From: an uncultured Chloroflexia bacterium
GTDB lineage: Bacteria; Chloroflexota; Anaerolineae; CG2-30-64-16
Length of the DNA: 64,000 nt
NCBI GenBank assembly: GCA_963774265.1
Contig: CAVZDU010000005.1
Location: 416,001 to 480,000, forward strand
Direction: 5' to 3'
The translations under genes and the position numbers were made by a program. Positions 31,555-41,907 of the stretch are shown piece after piece; positions within the stretch are counted from its first letter, which is position 1; each line of letters opens with the position of its first letter. The notes below the pieces were generated by a model. That model worked only from the letters and a program-made list of their open reading frames with translations. It was not told the DNA's origin and ran no database searches.

Positions 31555-32595
31555 ATGAATTCCTACGAACGCTATGAGGCCCGGCTGCGCGGCGAGCCGG
31601 TGGACCGCGCCCCCAACTTCGATATCATGATGCAGTACGCGGCACACCACATCGGACAGCCGCTCTCCCGTTACTATCTCGACCATCGCGTCCTCGTTGC
31701 GGCGAACGTGGCGGTGGCAGAGGATTTCCACCTGGACATCCTCCAGGCCATCTCAGATCCCTATCGCGAGGCCGCGGACCACGGGCTGGAGGTCGAGTTC
31801 CCCCAGGATGGCCTGCCGCTGAGCAAGGCGCCTCTGCTGACCGGCCCGGACGATCTGGCGCAGCTGCGGCCGGTCGCGCCCGAGGCGGGCCGGCGGATGA
31901 ACGATCGACTGGAGGCGATCAGCAGCTTCCGCGGGCAGGCTGGCGGCCAGACGCCGATCATGGGCTGGGTGGAAGGCGCCCTGGCCGAGGCGGCCGACCT
32001 GCGAGGTGTGGGGCAGCTCATGTCCGATCTCTACGACCGGCCCGAATGGGTGACGACGTTGGTTGAGTTCTGCGCCGGGGAGGCGATCGCCTTCGCCCGG
32101 GCGCAAATCGCAGCCGGCGCGGACATGATTGGCGTGGGGGACGCGGTGTGCTCACAAATATCGCCCAGGATGTATCGCCAGTTCGCCCTGCCGTACGAAC
32201 AGCGCATCTTCGCCGCGATCCGTGAGATGGGCGCGGTGGGGCGCCTTCACATCTGTGGCAACACGAGCCGCATCGTGGCCGACATGGCCCGCAGCGGCGC
32301 GCTGATCGTAGACCTGGACTGGATGGTGGATTGGGGCCAGGCTGTGCGGACCCTGGAAGCGGAAAGCGGGGTCGCAGCCTGCGGCAATTTCGACCCGGTC
32401 AGGGTGATGCTTCAGGGTGCGCCCGAGGAAGTGCAGCAGGCCGTGCGCCACTGCCTTGCCGAGGGGAACGCGTGCTCCTTCATCATGGCCGGCTGCGAGA
32501 TTCCCGACGGCACCCCAGACGAGAATCTGTTGGCGCAATTCCAGGCGCTCGTGGCCGCAGGCGCCGGGACGGGCACTTCATGTCGGGCCGCGTGA
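31555..32595 (+). CDS. Uroporphyrinogen decarboxylase-family (MtaA/CmuA-like) protein
   Basis: LHICGN and AGCEIP zinc-ligand motifs; GNFDP. Confidence 0.88.
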   Translation: MNSYERYEARLRGEPVDRAPNFDIMMQYAAHHIGQPLSRYYLDHRVLVAANVAVAEDFHLDILQAISDPYREAADHGLEVEFPQDGLPLSKAPLLTGPDDLAQLRPVAPEAGRRMNDRLEAISSFRGQAGGQTPIMGWVEGALAEAADLRGVGQLMSDLYDRPEWVTTLVEFCAGEAIAFARAQIAAGADMIGVGDAVCSQISPRMYRQFALPYEQRIFAAIREMGAVGRLHICGNTSRIVADMARSGALIVDLDWMVDWGQAVRTLEAESGVAACGNFDPVRVMLQGAPEEVQQAVRHCLAEGNACSFIMAGCEIPDGTPDENLLAQFQALVAAGAGTGTSCRAA

Positions 32596-32624
32596 ATTCG
32601 CAGTGAGATCGTCCTCAAAGGTTA

Positions 32625-32659
32625 TCGGCCTGGCAGACCTCCCAGGTCTGCCAGGCCGA
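32625..32659. terminator. Perfect 16-bp hairpin between convergent genes (REP-like or bidirectional terminator)
   Basis: TCGGCCTGGCAGACCT-CCC-AGGTCTGCCAGGCCGA. Confidence 0.65.
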
Positions 32660-32665
32660 ATTCAC

Positions 32666-35600
32666 TCACATCCCGGCCAGATGCCGCGCCACGTTGATGA
32701 ACAGGTGACGCCCGTCAGCTGTCATGAGCGGCGGGCCGGCCTGGAAGCCCCAAAGCAGGAAACGCCTCTCCCGCAAATCCTGCTGCACCAGGTTGTAGTG
32801 CGTCTCGTCCGCGGGCTCGCGGCCGATCAGCAGTATACTGGCTGGCGGCTTCTCGACCCGGACGCCGACATGGGCCGTCTTGCCATAGACCCGGACAAGC
32901 CGGTCCCGGCCCATCGGGATGCCGTATGGGCTGTGCCACACGTCGTTCACCGCATCTACAGCATAAGTGTACGCCTCGTTTCCGTGCCAGCCATTCGGAT
33001 AGCCGATGGCCAGCCCCGCCTTGCCGAAGAACGCGTAGCCACCCTCTCCAAGGCCAAGGATCGGTGTGGAGTACTGCAGCAAGGCACCCACCGCCGCGGA
33101 CGTGCCCCAGTCGGCCCCGTCGCCCGTCTCCGGTCCGATCACGATCAGGTCGTAGCTGCCCCACACGGTCTTGGCGACCTCAGCCATGGGGACAAGGTCG
33201 ACCGAATAAGAGCCCGCTTGGAGCAGTCTCTGGTAGGCCACCGCGGCCGGAAGGTTGTTCAACCAGATGTAGGCCACGCGCGGCCGCACTGAGAAGCCGC
33301 CCGTGCGATGCCGCACGAAGAGCTGATCGGAGTTATTCCTGCCCCAGCCGGTTGCCTTTACGACATACTGGCCGGGCAACAGTGCCTGAGTGAAGACTCC
33401 GCCATAGACCCCGTCGCCGGCCCTTCCGTCCATGTTCCGGCCGTCGTCGAAGAGCTGGAGCAGTTGCATCAAGTCCGAGTTTGGCCCCTTCACCAGCGCC
33501 CATACTTCCGCACCCGCGATCGGCTTCTCGTCAGACAGCACGACCAGGATCGGGATCTTCGCGCCGACGGTCCGTTCCTCAGGCGGCAGTCCGAAGCCCA
33601 GGTGCATGCTGGTTTGCGATCTGGCAGAGAGGATGAAGAGGTAGTTGGCGCACCCCTTGGCTTGTAGCTCCACCTTCCAGGGACCCCCGAGCGGATCCTG
33701 CACGCGGAACTGGTGGTGGGTGGCGTCCCGAATCTCCCGCACCTTCGGCGGATTGTGCTTGACCAGATTGCCGTCCGGGTCGGTGAGAATCATCTCGATG
33801 GAAACCGCGGGGTCGTCCCAGTTTGTCGTGAAGATCGCCTCGGGCAGCCCCTTTTCGACGGGGAGCTCGAAGATCACCGGCATCTCGCAGATGTAGCCGG
33901 TGCTCTCCCAGACCCGCTGCTGGTGGCCGTTTACCTCGCCCATAGCCTTGTAGATGTCGGCCAGACGGTTGGGGAGCGTGGTGGGCAGGTTGGGACCGGG
34001 CACGGCCGCCGGCGCCTCGGTTGCCGCGGCGTCGGCTGCGGCCGCCAGCGGCAAGATGTCCACGCCCGCCTGGAACGCGCGGCCGTCCGTGTCTGCCGCG
34101 ATATCACCCAGAAGCGCCGTATCCGCGTCGCGGCCGAGCGCCACCGTGTGCACCACCACCCGCGACGGTATGATCACGCCACCGACCGTCGCATCAGCCC
34201 AGTAGGGCGATACGTTCTCCATGCCGTCGCTCAGCAGCGCCAGGCTCCAGTCATGGTCTTCCTTACCCCGTGCGAGGAGTTCGTCATAGCCGAGCTTCGC
34301 GCCCGGGCCCAGCGCGGTCAGGTTGCCGGTCGTCAGCGCGTTGACCGCGGTCTTGGCCGCGTTCCATTCCGGATCGCCGGTGACGGTCGTCAGCCCGTAG
34401 TTAACCGCCGCGCTTGACTCAAAGGAGACTACGCCGATCATGTCGTCGACATTGGTGTGGTCGATGAACGCACGCGCGGCATTCTTCGCGGCCTCAAGCT
34501 TGTCATAATCGGCCATGCTCCCGGAGCGGTCGATCACCAGCACCTGGTCGGCGTTTAGCTTCGGCAGGTAGAATACGGCGCGCTTCTCGGTATCCGTTTG
34601 CGCGCCCAGCGTCACCTCCAGGTCATAGTAGTCCGCCGCAGGCTGCGTGTGTGCGCTGACGACGAGGAAGTGGGTGTCGAGGGAGCGATAGGCGGAGATT
34701 ACGGGGCTGTCCTGCCCGCCGATGCGCACTGTGAAGTCGCTTGCGGTGTAGGTGACCGGCGAGCTGCTGGGTGGCGTGGCGGTCTTCACCTGCACCAGGA
34801 TTTTGTCCGGATCGTTGAACGCGCCCGCGTTCGTGGGGTTGGTCTCAGTGGGCTGAAGGATGTCGAAGATCGGCGTGCAAGCCTGGTGACTGGACGCGTT
34901 GAAGTTGTCGGTCTCGCCCAGGGCGGGCTCATACTTGCCGTCTCGGTCTGTGTCCTCACAGCCATCCACCGAGCTGTCATTGTCGTTGTTGGCGTCCAGC
35001 TCCTTGCGCTGGCCATCGGAATCATGATCTGCGGTGCGCAGACTGTATGTGCCCGCGGTGTCGAACACATACTCCCGAAGGTCCTGTTTGTCCTGCACCC
35101 AGTCGTCGTCCGAATCCGCGTAGGCCGGCATAGTGTGGAAGCGATTCTGCTCGTCCCAGTCCATCACTCCGTCGCCGTCTGCGTCGGTCCAGATCCCGGG
35201 CTCATCCGAGCGAGGAGAGACAGAAGCTGGCACAGGTGGGACGTAGTAGCAGGTGATGCTCAACGAACTGTAGTTTTGCCACGTCGTGCCGCTCCAGGGG
35301 TCGAACAGCCGGATTTGCTGCGTACTATCGGCCAGGGTGCGGTAGCCGCCGATCACCGTCTGATGGCCGTTGAAGAAGCGCATGATCGGCCTGCTGGCAT
35401 CGATCCAGCCTGTCACCTGCGCGAAGGTCGGCTTGGCGTACGCGTAGTCGAAGCTGGCGCCGTTCAGCGCCCAGGACAGCATCTGGCCGCCATGGCTGCC
35501 GTCACCGCCGCACACACTGGTGGTGCGGTCGTGGCCGAGGTCACGCAGCGGGTTATTCTTCTCCCCAATATCGGCCAATGGGCTGCCCCAGTTCTCGAAC

Positions 35601-36961
35601 TGGTAGTACCCGATGCGATCCATGCTCAGATTGCCGCCGTAGTGCGTCACGATCATGGCGATGGATGCGCGGACGCAACTGTTCCGGCCGTGGGTGTAGA
35701 TCCCGTCCGGGTGCACCGCGTCCCATGCCTCTTCCTCCCCTGACGTCGCGGGGTTGCCCTCGTTGTCGCCGTCGAGACACAGCAGGGGGTTATCCTTCTT
35801 TTGGCGCAGCCATGTCATGGATAGCACGACATCAGGGCCGATGCTCAGGGCCTCCGCAGTGTCGCCTGCGGCCATAGCGCTGGTTACGGGGATCACCGTC
35901 ACGCTGAGGGGCGTCGACCAGGCGGACTGCAACGCGCCGAGGCGGCTCCGGACGCGCCACCAGAAGGCGCCACCGGGCAGCGGCGACGCAGGCGTGTAGT
36001 ATGGTTGGGTCAGCTCGACGTCGACCAACGGCGAGCTGAAGCCTGGGTCATTGTCGATCTGGAGCTGATAGGTTGCGCCGGGCACCAGCATCCAGCCCAG
36101 TGCGAAGCCATCGCTTGCCATGACCGCGCCATCGCCGACCGTGCTCCAGATGGAGCGCGGCACCGGGTTGGACGTGCCCGGGGTATGATCCTCCGGGCCG
36201 TAGGCGGCCCAGTCATCGGGGGAAAGATTGACGTGGCCGGGATAGAGGCCGATCGTTCGATTGGCGGGAAGCGGCGCGGACGCGTCCTGCGCGCCGGAGC
36301 CGACGTTGAAATCAACCCACCAGTCTGACCTCCACAGCCCGGCCGCGATCGCATCAGTGGCGCCCTCGCCGGGGGCCGCGCCGTAGGCCACGAAGTCCCG
36401 AATGGTCTGAGGGTCATGTGTTGATCCGGCATAGAGCGCGACCTGGTCGCTTTCCGGGTTGAACATGTCCACCAAACCGGGGGGTGAATGCAGCACGGCG
36501 CGGCCGTCGCCGAAGCTGTAGTCATCCGCGGCCGGGCCAAGCCCGTCGAAGTAAATCACCACGAAGCAGCCCGGCGGAATCCCCGGCAGGGCGGCCGGGA
36601 TAGTGTAGTTCCCGCCGCTCTGATTGCTCACCTGCCAGCCGCTGATGTCCGGACCGGACTCCGCGGTGGGTGCGACAAAGGATGGCGTTGCGGCCGAGCC
36701 GGCAACCGGGCCCGACCCCTTCATCACGAGGGGCAGATACAGCAGGTAGTTCGTTCCAACCGCGGACAACTCAACCCACTGGTGCTGCCCTGCAAGCGGA
36801 CGGGCCAGCACCTCGTTGAGATGGACCTCAGAAGCGCTGGTTGACATCTGATCGGCAGAGGCGGGGAAGCCGGGTGCGGCTGAGAGTGCCGGGGTCGAGC
36901 CCGCGGTGAGGAGACAGACGACGACAATCGAGCAGGCAAGTGTCGCGATTCTGATCTTCAT
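32666..36961 (-). CDS. Large secreted multidomain protein: lamin-tail, FN3-like, papain/C39-like peptidase, Ca-binding repeats, vWA, CLCA-like beta domains
   Basis: Signal peptide; HLNEV..WVEL; NSCVRASIAM/GHQTVIGGY/FDPW; DADGDG; IDRSGSM MIDAS; LFDDG..GDGVY. Confidence 0.8.
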   Translation of the reverse strand: MKIRIATLACSIVVVCLLTAGSTPALSAAPGFPASADQMSTSASEVHLNEVLARPLAGQHQWVELSAVGTNYLLYLPLVMKGSGPVAGSAATPSFVAPTAESGPDISGWQVSNQSGGNYTIPAALPGIPPGCFVVIYFDGLGPAADDYSFGDGRAVLHSPPGLVDMFNPESDQVALYAGSTHDPQTIRDFVAYGAAPGEGATDAIAAGLWRSDWWVDFNVGSGAQDASAPLPANRTIGLYPGHVNLSPDDWAAYGPEDHTPGTSNPVPRSIWSTVGDGAVMASDGFALGWMLVPGATYQLQIDNDPGFSSPLVDVELTQPYYTPASPLPGGAFWWRVRSRLGALQSAWSTPLSVTVIPVTSAMAAGDTAEALSIGPDVVLSMTWLRQKKDNPLLCLDGDNEGNPATSGEEEAWDAVHPDGIYTHGRNSCVRASIAMIVTHYGGNLSMDRIGYYQFENWGSPLADIGEKNNPLRDLGHDRTTSVCGGDGSHGGQMLSWALNGASFDYAYAKPTFAQVTGWIDASRPIMRFFNGHQTVIGGYRTLADSTQQIRLFDPWSGTTWQNYSSLSITCYYVPPVPASVSPRSDEPGIWTDADGDGVMDWDEQNRFHTMPAYADSDDDWVQDKQDLREYVFDTAGTYSLRTADHDSDGQRKELDANNDNDSSVDGCEDTDRDGKYEPALGETDNFNASSHQACTPIFDILQPTETNPTNAGAFNDPDKILVQVKTATPPSSSPVTYTASDFTVRIGGQDSPVISAYRSLDTHFLVVSAHTQPAADYYDLEVTLGAQTDTEKRAVFYLPKLNADQVLVIDRSGSMADYDKLEAAKNAARAFIDHTNVDDMIGVVSFESSAAVNYGLTTVTGDPEWNAAKTAVNALTTGNLTALGPGAKLGYDELLARGKEDHDWSLALLSDGMENVSPYWADATVGGVIIPSRVVVHTVALGRDADTALLGDIAADTDGRAFQAGVDILPLAAAADAAATEAPAAVPGPNLPTTLPNRLADIYKAMGEVNGHQQRVWESTGYICEMPVIFELPVEKGLPEAIFTTNWDDPAVSIEMILTDPDGNLVKHNPPKVREIRDATHHQFRVQDPLGGPWKVELQAKGCANYLFILSARSQTSMHLGFGLPPEERTVGAKIPILVVLSDEKPIAGAEVWALVKGPNSDLMQLLQLFDDGRNMDGRAGDGVYGGVFTQALLPGQYVVKATGWGRNNSDQLFVRHRTGGFSVRPRVAYIWLNNLPAAVAYQRLLQAGSYSVDLVPMAEVAKTVWGSYDLIVIGPETGDGADWGTSAAVGALLQYSTPILGLGEGGYAFFGKAGLAIGYPNGWHGNEAYTYAVDAVNDVWHSPYGIPMGRDRLVRVYGKTAHVGVRVEKPPASILLIGREPADETHYNLVQQDLRERRFLLWGFQAGPPLMTADGRHLFINVARHLAGM

Positions 36962-37093
36962 GAGAGGAGCCTCCTGTGGACACTACCAAACGGTCGACGG
37001 AGCATCAAGACGGTCAGCGATGGGATGGTGCGATGTAAGGTGTAACAGGGAGAAGAACCCCTGGGGAGGGGTCAGGTCGGTGGTCGTTGAGTG

Positions 37094-37243
37094 TTATGAT
37101 TTCCCTTGGGTGAGCGACTTCTGATAGGCCTTCCAGCCGGGGCACCAGCTGGTGTGCCACTTCCACAGCCGCGCCATCAGCGTCTTCGGATTGGCCTCAG
37201 CCTTCTTGCGAATCGGGCAATCTGCGCAGCGAGGTTCGGACAT
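37094..37243 (-). CDS. 49-aa Cys/Trp/His-rich small protein
   Basis: MSEPRCADCPIRKKAEANPKTLMARLWKWHTSWCPGWKAYQKSLTQGKS with AAGGAGG RBS; below the ORF-track cutoff. Confidence 0.75.
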   Translation of the reverse strand: MSEPRCADCPIRKKAEANPKTLMARLWKWHTSWCPGWKAYQKSLTQGKS

Positions 37244-37270
37244 GCTGACCTCCTTCGAAAATGATCTCGA

Positions 37271-38512
37271 TTACCCGGTTGGGACGGCGGCTGGCACCAG
37301 TTGGACCTGATAGCCCAGCTTCTCCAGGCGTTTGACGGCCCGCCGCTTCACAGCTTCACGGTCGCGCTCGTCGAAGTAGTTGCCGCCTAAGTCCTCGTAC
37401 TTGGTTTGCCGAGTGATCAAGTAGTAACCGGTGACCAGCAAGCTGTGCCCGACGGCCATTAGCGCCCGTTGTTTGCCCCGCCGGGCCGCCAGGCGCCCAT
37501 AGAGCGCCTGGAAGTACTTGTGCTTGGTGCGGGCAGCGCCGTGCGCCGCTTCCACCAAGGCTCGCCGCAGCCAGGGACTGCCTTTGCGGGTCTTGCCACT
37601 GTAGCGTTTGCCGGCACTTTCGTTGTTGCCGGGACACATGCCCGCCCACGAAGCCAGATGCTCCGCATCCTCGAACGGCTGCAGGTCGGCCCCAATCTCA
37701 GCGACGACGATCTCCGCAATCCGCTGGTTGATCCCCGGCAGCGAGTCCCAGGCCGCCAGCGCCGGCGCAAAAGGGTGCATCTGCTCCGCGATCTGCTGGT
37801 CGAGCCGGTCGATGGCCTCGTCCAAGAAGTCGATGTGGCTCAGGTGCTGCGCCAACATGAAGCGATGATGCGCCTGCACGCGTCCACTTAGCGCCTTCTG
37901 CAGCAGGTCCAGCTTGTCCCGCAGGCGACCCTTGGCCAGCTCGGCTAACACGGCTGGATCGGCCTGGCCTTGCACGATCTGATCCAGCATCGCTCGTCCG
38001 CTGACACCCATCACATCGGTCGCCACGCTCGCCAGCTTGATGTTGGCGTCTTCCAGCACCTTCTGCACCCGATTGATCTCACTGACGCGCTCATCGCCCA
38101 GCTTGGTGCGGTAGCGAGTCAGATCGCGTAGCGCACGTAGCTCAGCCGAAGGAATGAAGCTCCCTTTGAGCAGCCCGTGCCGCAGCAGATCCGCAATCCG
38201 CTCCGCATCTTGCACATCCGTCTTGCGGCCAGCTAACGCCTTGATGTGCTCTGCATTGACCACCAGAATGGCAAACCGCCCGTCGAGCAGGTTGTACACC
38301 GGCTTCCAGTACACCCCGGTGCTCTCCATCGCCACGTGCGTGACCCCAAGGCCCTGCAACCATTCCGCCAGTGCTTCCAGGTTCTCGGTCAAGGTATCAA
38401 ACGTGCGGGTCTCCTTCACCGATTGCCCATCCGGCCCAGGCACGATCGCACACGCCACCACCGTGCGCTTGTGCACATCGATCCCGCAGCACCGCTCATA
38501 GACCACTTGCAT
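37271..38512 (-). CDS. IS110-family transposase (DEDD RuvC + Tnp domain)
   Basis: GIDVHK, AMESTGVYW, KTDVQDA and ASWAGMCPGNNESAGK motifs. Confidence 0.96.
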   Translation of the reverse strand: MQVVYERCCGIDVHKRTVVACAIVPGPDGQSVKETRTFDTLTENLEALAEWLQGLGVTHVAMESTGVYWKPVYNLLDGRFAILVVNAEHIKALAGRKTDVQDAERIADLLRHGLLKGSFIPSAELRALRDLTRYRTKLGDERVSEINRVQKVLEDANIKLASVATDVMGVSGRAMLDQIVQGQADPAVLAELAKGRLRDKLDLLQKALSGRVQAHHRFMLAQHLSHIDFLDEAIDRLDQQIAEQMHPFAPALAAWDSLPGINQRIAEIVVAEIGADLQPFEDAEHLASWAGMCPGNNESAGKRYSGKTRKGSPWLRRALVEAAHGAARTKHKYFQALYGRLAARRGKQRALMAVGHSLLVTGYYLITRQTKYEDLGGNYFDERDREAVKRRAVKRLEKLGYQVQLVPAAVPTG

Positions 38513-38519
38513 CGTGCGC

Positions 38520-38690
38520 CTCCGCTTGCTCGTGATCGCCCCAGCGGAGTGCCTGATATGCGAAGAGTCTCCTTCGCGTACTCCCCCAAATTGGAGGGCC
38601 ACAGTCTACGGTGCCTGCAGGCACTCGAGCCAAACTCCCTTGCGGACTCGTGGCACCAGGTAATTCATCCGACTTCATGCCAGGGCGTCT
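38520..38690 (-). ncRNA. Putative IS110 bridge RNA region
   Basis: Lies downstream of the internal promoter TTGACG-16-TAGAAT (38723-38696); several hairpins; short matches to target and donor junctions. Confidence 0.5.
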
Positions 38691-38978
38691 CCACCATTCT
38701 ACGCCCCCATTTTCATCCGTCAACGGTGAGCCAACGGCTAATCGACAACTCCCTTCTTGCTGAACATTATACACGCATAGGGCCAAAGCATCACAACCCT
38801 AAGAAGACTCTCTGCCCAGCCTCCTGCGTTTGCGTGCTTTGGGAAAAATGGTGATTCCCCCGGCCGCTTGCTCACCCCGCCACGCGCGTTATATACTGCA
38901 CCGCGTCCCGCTCCTTCCTTGCCCCGCTGCGCGGACCAAAACAGAGAGTACGACGAACTGCATCACATAGGAGGAATC

Positions 38979-41831
38979 GTGACGGATCAGCCTGTCTACA
39001 CATTGCCTGTGAGAGACGCATTGGGGGAGTTTGATGTCCAACTGGAGACCGGTCTGACCAGCCAGGAAGTCCAACTCCGCCGGGAACGCTATGGCCTAAA
39101 CGAGCTACAGGAGAAACCGCGGCCGGGCTTCCTGAAACTGCTATTCGATCAACTCAACAATTTCCTGATCATCATCCTGATCGTTGCGGCCGTGATATCG
39201 CTGCTGCTGGGCGAGACGATCGATGCACTGGCGATCCTGGCAATCGTGGTGCTGAATTCCGTCCTCGGCGTCGTCCAGGAGTCGAAGGCCGAGCAAGCGC
39301 TCGCTGCGCTCAAGAAGATGGCCTCTCCCAACGCCCAGGTGTTGCGCGATGGCCTGCAGGTCACACTCCCGGCCCGTGAGCTGGTTCCCGGCGACATCGT
39401 GCTGTTGGAGGCTGGGAACTACGTGCCGGCGGATCTGCGCCTTGTGGAGAGCGTCAATCTCAAAGTCGAGGAGGCTTCGCTCACCGGCGAGTCGGTGCCT
39501 GTCAATAAGGATGCCCGCATGGTGTTCGATGCCGATATCCCCCTCGGCGACCGCAAGAATTCAGCGTTCATGGCCACCGTGGTGACCTACGGCCGCGGCA
39601 AGGGGTTGGTCACCTCCACGGGCATGACCACTCAGATCGGCATGATCGCTGAAATGCTTCAATCCTACGAAGATGAAGCGACGCCCCTGCAGGAGAAACT
39701 GGCGCAGCTCGGTAAAACATTGGGCATCGTCTCACTCGCCATCTGTGGTTTCATCTTCCTGTACGGCGTGATTCGTGACACGAATCCCGGCATGATCTTT
39801 CAGGAGGGCATCAGCGGTTACCTCGCCGCGCACGAAAAAGATCTCATCGGCCTGTTCATGACCGCAGTGAGTTTGGCTATTGCAGCCGTGCCTGAAGGGT
39901 TGCCCGCAGTCGTCACCATCTGCCTGGCGCTCGGCATGCAGCGAATGGTCACCCGCCATGCGCTGATCCGCAAGCTGCCGGCAGTTGAGACCCTGGGTTG
40001 CGCGACGGTGATCTGCTCCGACAAGACCGGCACCCTCACTCAGAACGAGATGACGGTGGTGGCCGGTTGGGCGGGCGGTCACGCTTTCCAGGTCACCGGC
40101 GAAGGTTACAACCCCGAAGGTCAGTTCTACCGGACTGAGACGCCGTTTGCACCGGCCAATGACCCGGCGACCTCGATGCTCTTGCAGGGCGCGTTGCTAT
40201 GCAATGATGCGAAGCTGGAGCCGAGCGGTGAGGAGTCCGGCGAGCGTACCTGGCGTATGATGGGCGATCCCACCGAGGGTGCGCTGGTGGTGGCCGCGGC
40301 CAAGGCGGGTCTGTGGCGCGCCGACATGGAGAACAGCATGCCGCGCGTGGCCGAAATCCCCTTCGACTCTGACCGCAAGCGGATGACCACCATCCATCAG
40401 GTGGGCGACCTGGGCTTACGCGTTTCCGACTTCGGGGATGCCAGGACACCTGCTCCTGGGCAGACGCCACAATCCTGGCTGGCGTTTGTTAAGGGCGCGC
40501 CCGACATTGTGTTGGAGTACTGCGACGACATCATGCTGGATGACCGTGTGGCGCCTCTGACCGCGGAGTTGCGCGGGGAAATCCTGGCGGCCAACACCAG
40601 CATGGCGCGCCAGGCGCTGCGCGTGCTGGGCCTGGCGTGCCGGCCGCTGGACGCCGTGCCCGATGAATCCACATCGGACGAAATCGAGCGCAACCTGACC
40701 TTCCTGGGCCTGACGGGCATGATCGACCCGGCCCGGCCCGAGGTCAAGGTGGCCGTGGACGTCGCGAAGCAGGCGGGTCTGAAGAGCATCATGATTACGG
40801 GCGACTACCGCGATACGGCCCAGGCCATTGCGGGCCAGATCGGCATGCTCACCAAGGGTGGCCAGGTGCTCACCGGCGCTCAACTCGATGCTATGGATGA
40901 CGATGAGCTGAACGCAATGGTTGACCACCTGGATGTTTGCGCCCGTGTGTCTCCGCAGCACAAGATGCGCATCGTTGAGGCCCTCAAGACTCGCGGCCAC
41001 ATCGTGGCCATGACGGGCGACGGCGTGAACGACGCGCCGGCGTTGAAGCGCGCCAACATCGGCGTGGCCATGGGCATCACCGGCACTGATGTGACCAAGG
41101 AGACCGCCGACATGGTGCTGACCGACGACAACTACGCCAGCATCGTCTCGGCCATCGAAGAAGGCCGCATTATCTACTCCAACATCCGCAAGTTCGTGTT
41201 CTACCTGATCTCGTGCAATATCGGCGAGATCCTGATCATCTTCCTGGCGATGTTGGCGGGCCTACCCATCCCATTGCGGCCGATCCAGCTCCTGTGGCTG
41301 AACCTGGTGACCGATGGCGCGCCAGCCTTGGCGCTGGGTTTGGAAAAGGGCGATCCCGACATCATGCAGCGACCGCCGCGGCCGACCAAGGAGCCGGTGA
41401 TCAATCGTGAGATGCTGCTGGGTGTCGCCGTTCAGGCCATCGCCATGACCTCAGCCGTGTTAGCGGCCTATCTTATCGCGGGCGCTCGTCCGGGCGCAGA
41501 CGCCAACGATCCCATGCTGCCCAAGTGGCAGACCATCGCGTTCACGACGCTGGTCATGTCCGAGCTGCTGCGGGCGTACACGGCACGCTCCGAGCGCTAC
41601 GCGCTGCTCAAGATCGGGGTGTTCGGCAACAAGTGGATGCAATATGCCGTGGGTGCGTCTCTGATCCTGCTGCTGTTGGTGATCTACGTGCCGTTCTTGC
41701 AGTCTGTCTTCGGCACGGTGGCCTTGAACCTCGGCGATTGGCTGATGATGGCGCCGTTTATCCTGCTGGCCTCGGTCGCAGCCGAGCTGACCAAGGCCTA
41801 CCTGCGTGCGCGCAGCGCGAAGGCCTCTTGA
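38979..41831 (+). CDS. P-type IIA cation (Ca2+)-transporting ATPase
   Basis: LTGES, PEGL, DKTGTLT, KGAP, GDGVND and NLVTDG motifs; GTG start after AGGAGG. Confidence 0.95.
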   Translation: MTDQPVYTLPVRDALGEFDVQLETGLTSQEVQLRRERYGLNELQEKPRPGFLKLLFDQLNNFLIIILIVAAVISLLLGETIDALAILAIVVLNSVLGVVQESKAEQALAALKKMASPNAQVLRDGLQVTLPARELVPGDIVLLEAGNYVPADLRLVESVNLKVEEASLTGESVPVNKDARMVFDADIPLGDRKNSAFMATVVTYGRGKGLVTSTGMTTQIGMIAEMLQSYEDEATPLQEKLAQLGKTLGIVSLAICGFIFLYGVIRDTNPGMIFQEGISGYLAAHEKDLIGLFMTAVSLAIAAVPEGLPAVVTICLALGMQRMVTRHALIRKLPAVETLGCATVICSDKTGTLTQNEMTVVAGWAGGHAFQVTGEGYNPEGQFYRTETPFAPANDPATSMLLQGALLCNDAKLEPSGEESGERTWRMMGDPTEGALVVAAAKAGLWRADMENSMPRVAEIPFDSDRKRMTTIHQVGDLGLRVSDFGDARTPAPGQTPQSWLAFVKGAPDIVLEYCDDIMLDDRVAPLTAELRGEILAANTSMARQALRVLGLACRPLDAVPDESTSDEIERNLTFLGLTGMIDPARPEVKVAVDVAKQAGLKSIMITGDYRDTAQAIAGQIGMLTKGGQVLTGAQLDAMDDDELNAMVDHLDVCARVSPQHKMRIVEALKTRGHIVAMTGDGVNDAPALKRANIGVAMGITGTDVTKETADMVLTDDNYASIVSAIEEGRIIYSNIRKFVFYLISCNIGEILIIFLAMLAGLPIPLRPIQLLWLNLVTDGAPALALGLEKGDPDIMQRPPRPTKEPVINREMLLGVAVQAIAMTSAVLAAYLIAGARPGADANDPMLPKWQTIAFTTLVMSELLRAYTARSERYALLKIGVFGNKWMQYAVGASLILLLLVIYVPFLQSVFGTVALNLGDWLMMAPFILLASVAAELTKAYLRARSAKAS

Positions 41832-41879
41832 TCGATTGCCGGATAGGATGCTCCAGGCTTCCCCCCCCGGCCGCGCACA

Positions 41880-41907
41880 TTGACGGTCGGGGGGAATACG
41901 CTATAAT
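41880..41907 (+). promoter_or_regulatory. Sigma70 promoter of the liv-like operon
   Basis: TTGACG-16bp-TATAAT, followed by an approximately 260-nt leader. Confidence 0.6.

Larger units (their letters stand above)
37250..38752 (-). mobile_element. IS110-family insertion sequence
   Basis: Transposase plus about 235 nt of upstream noncoding end; GGAG core at both junctions (37250-37253, 38749-38752); subterminal GAAAATG/CATTTTC. Confidence 0.8.

Noticed and set aside
38860-38978. yybP-ykoY Mn riboswitch before the P-type ATPase (also checked before VIT1)
   Set aside because: No GGGGAGTAG/CGAGACC-like consensus seen.
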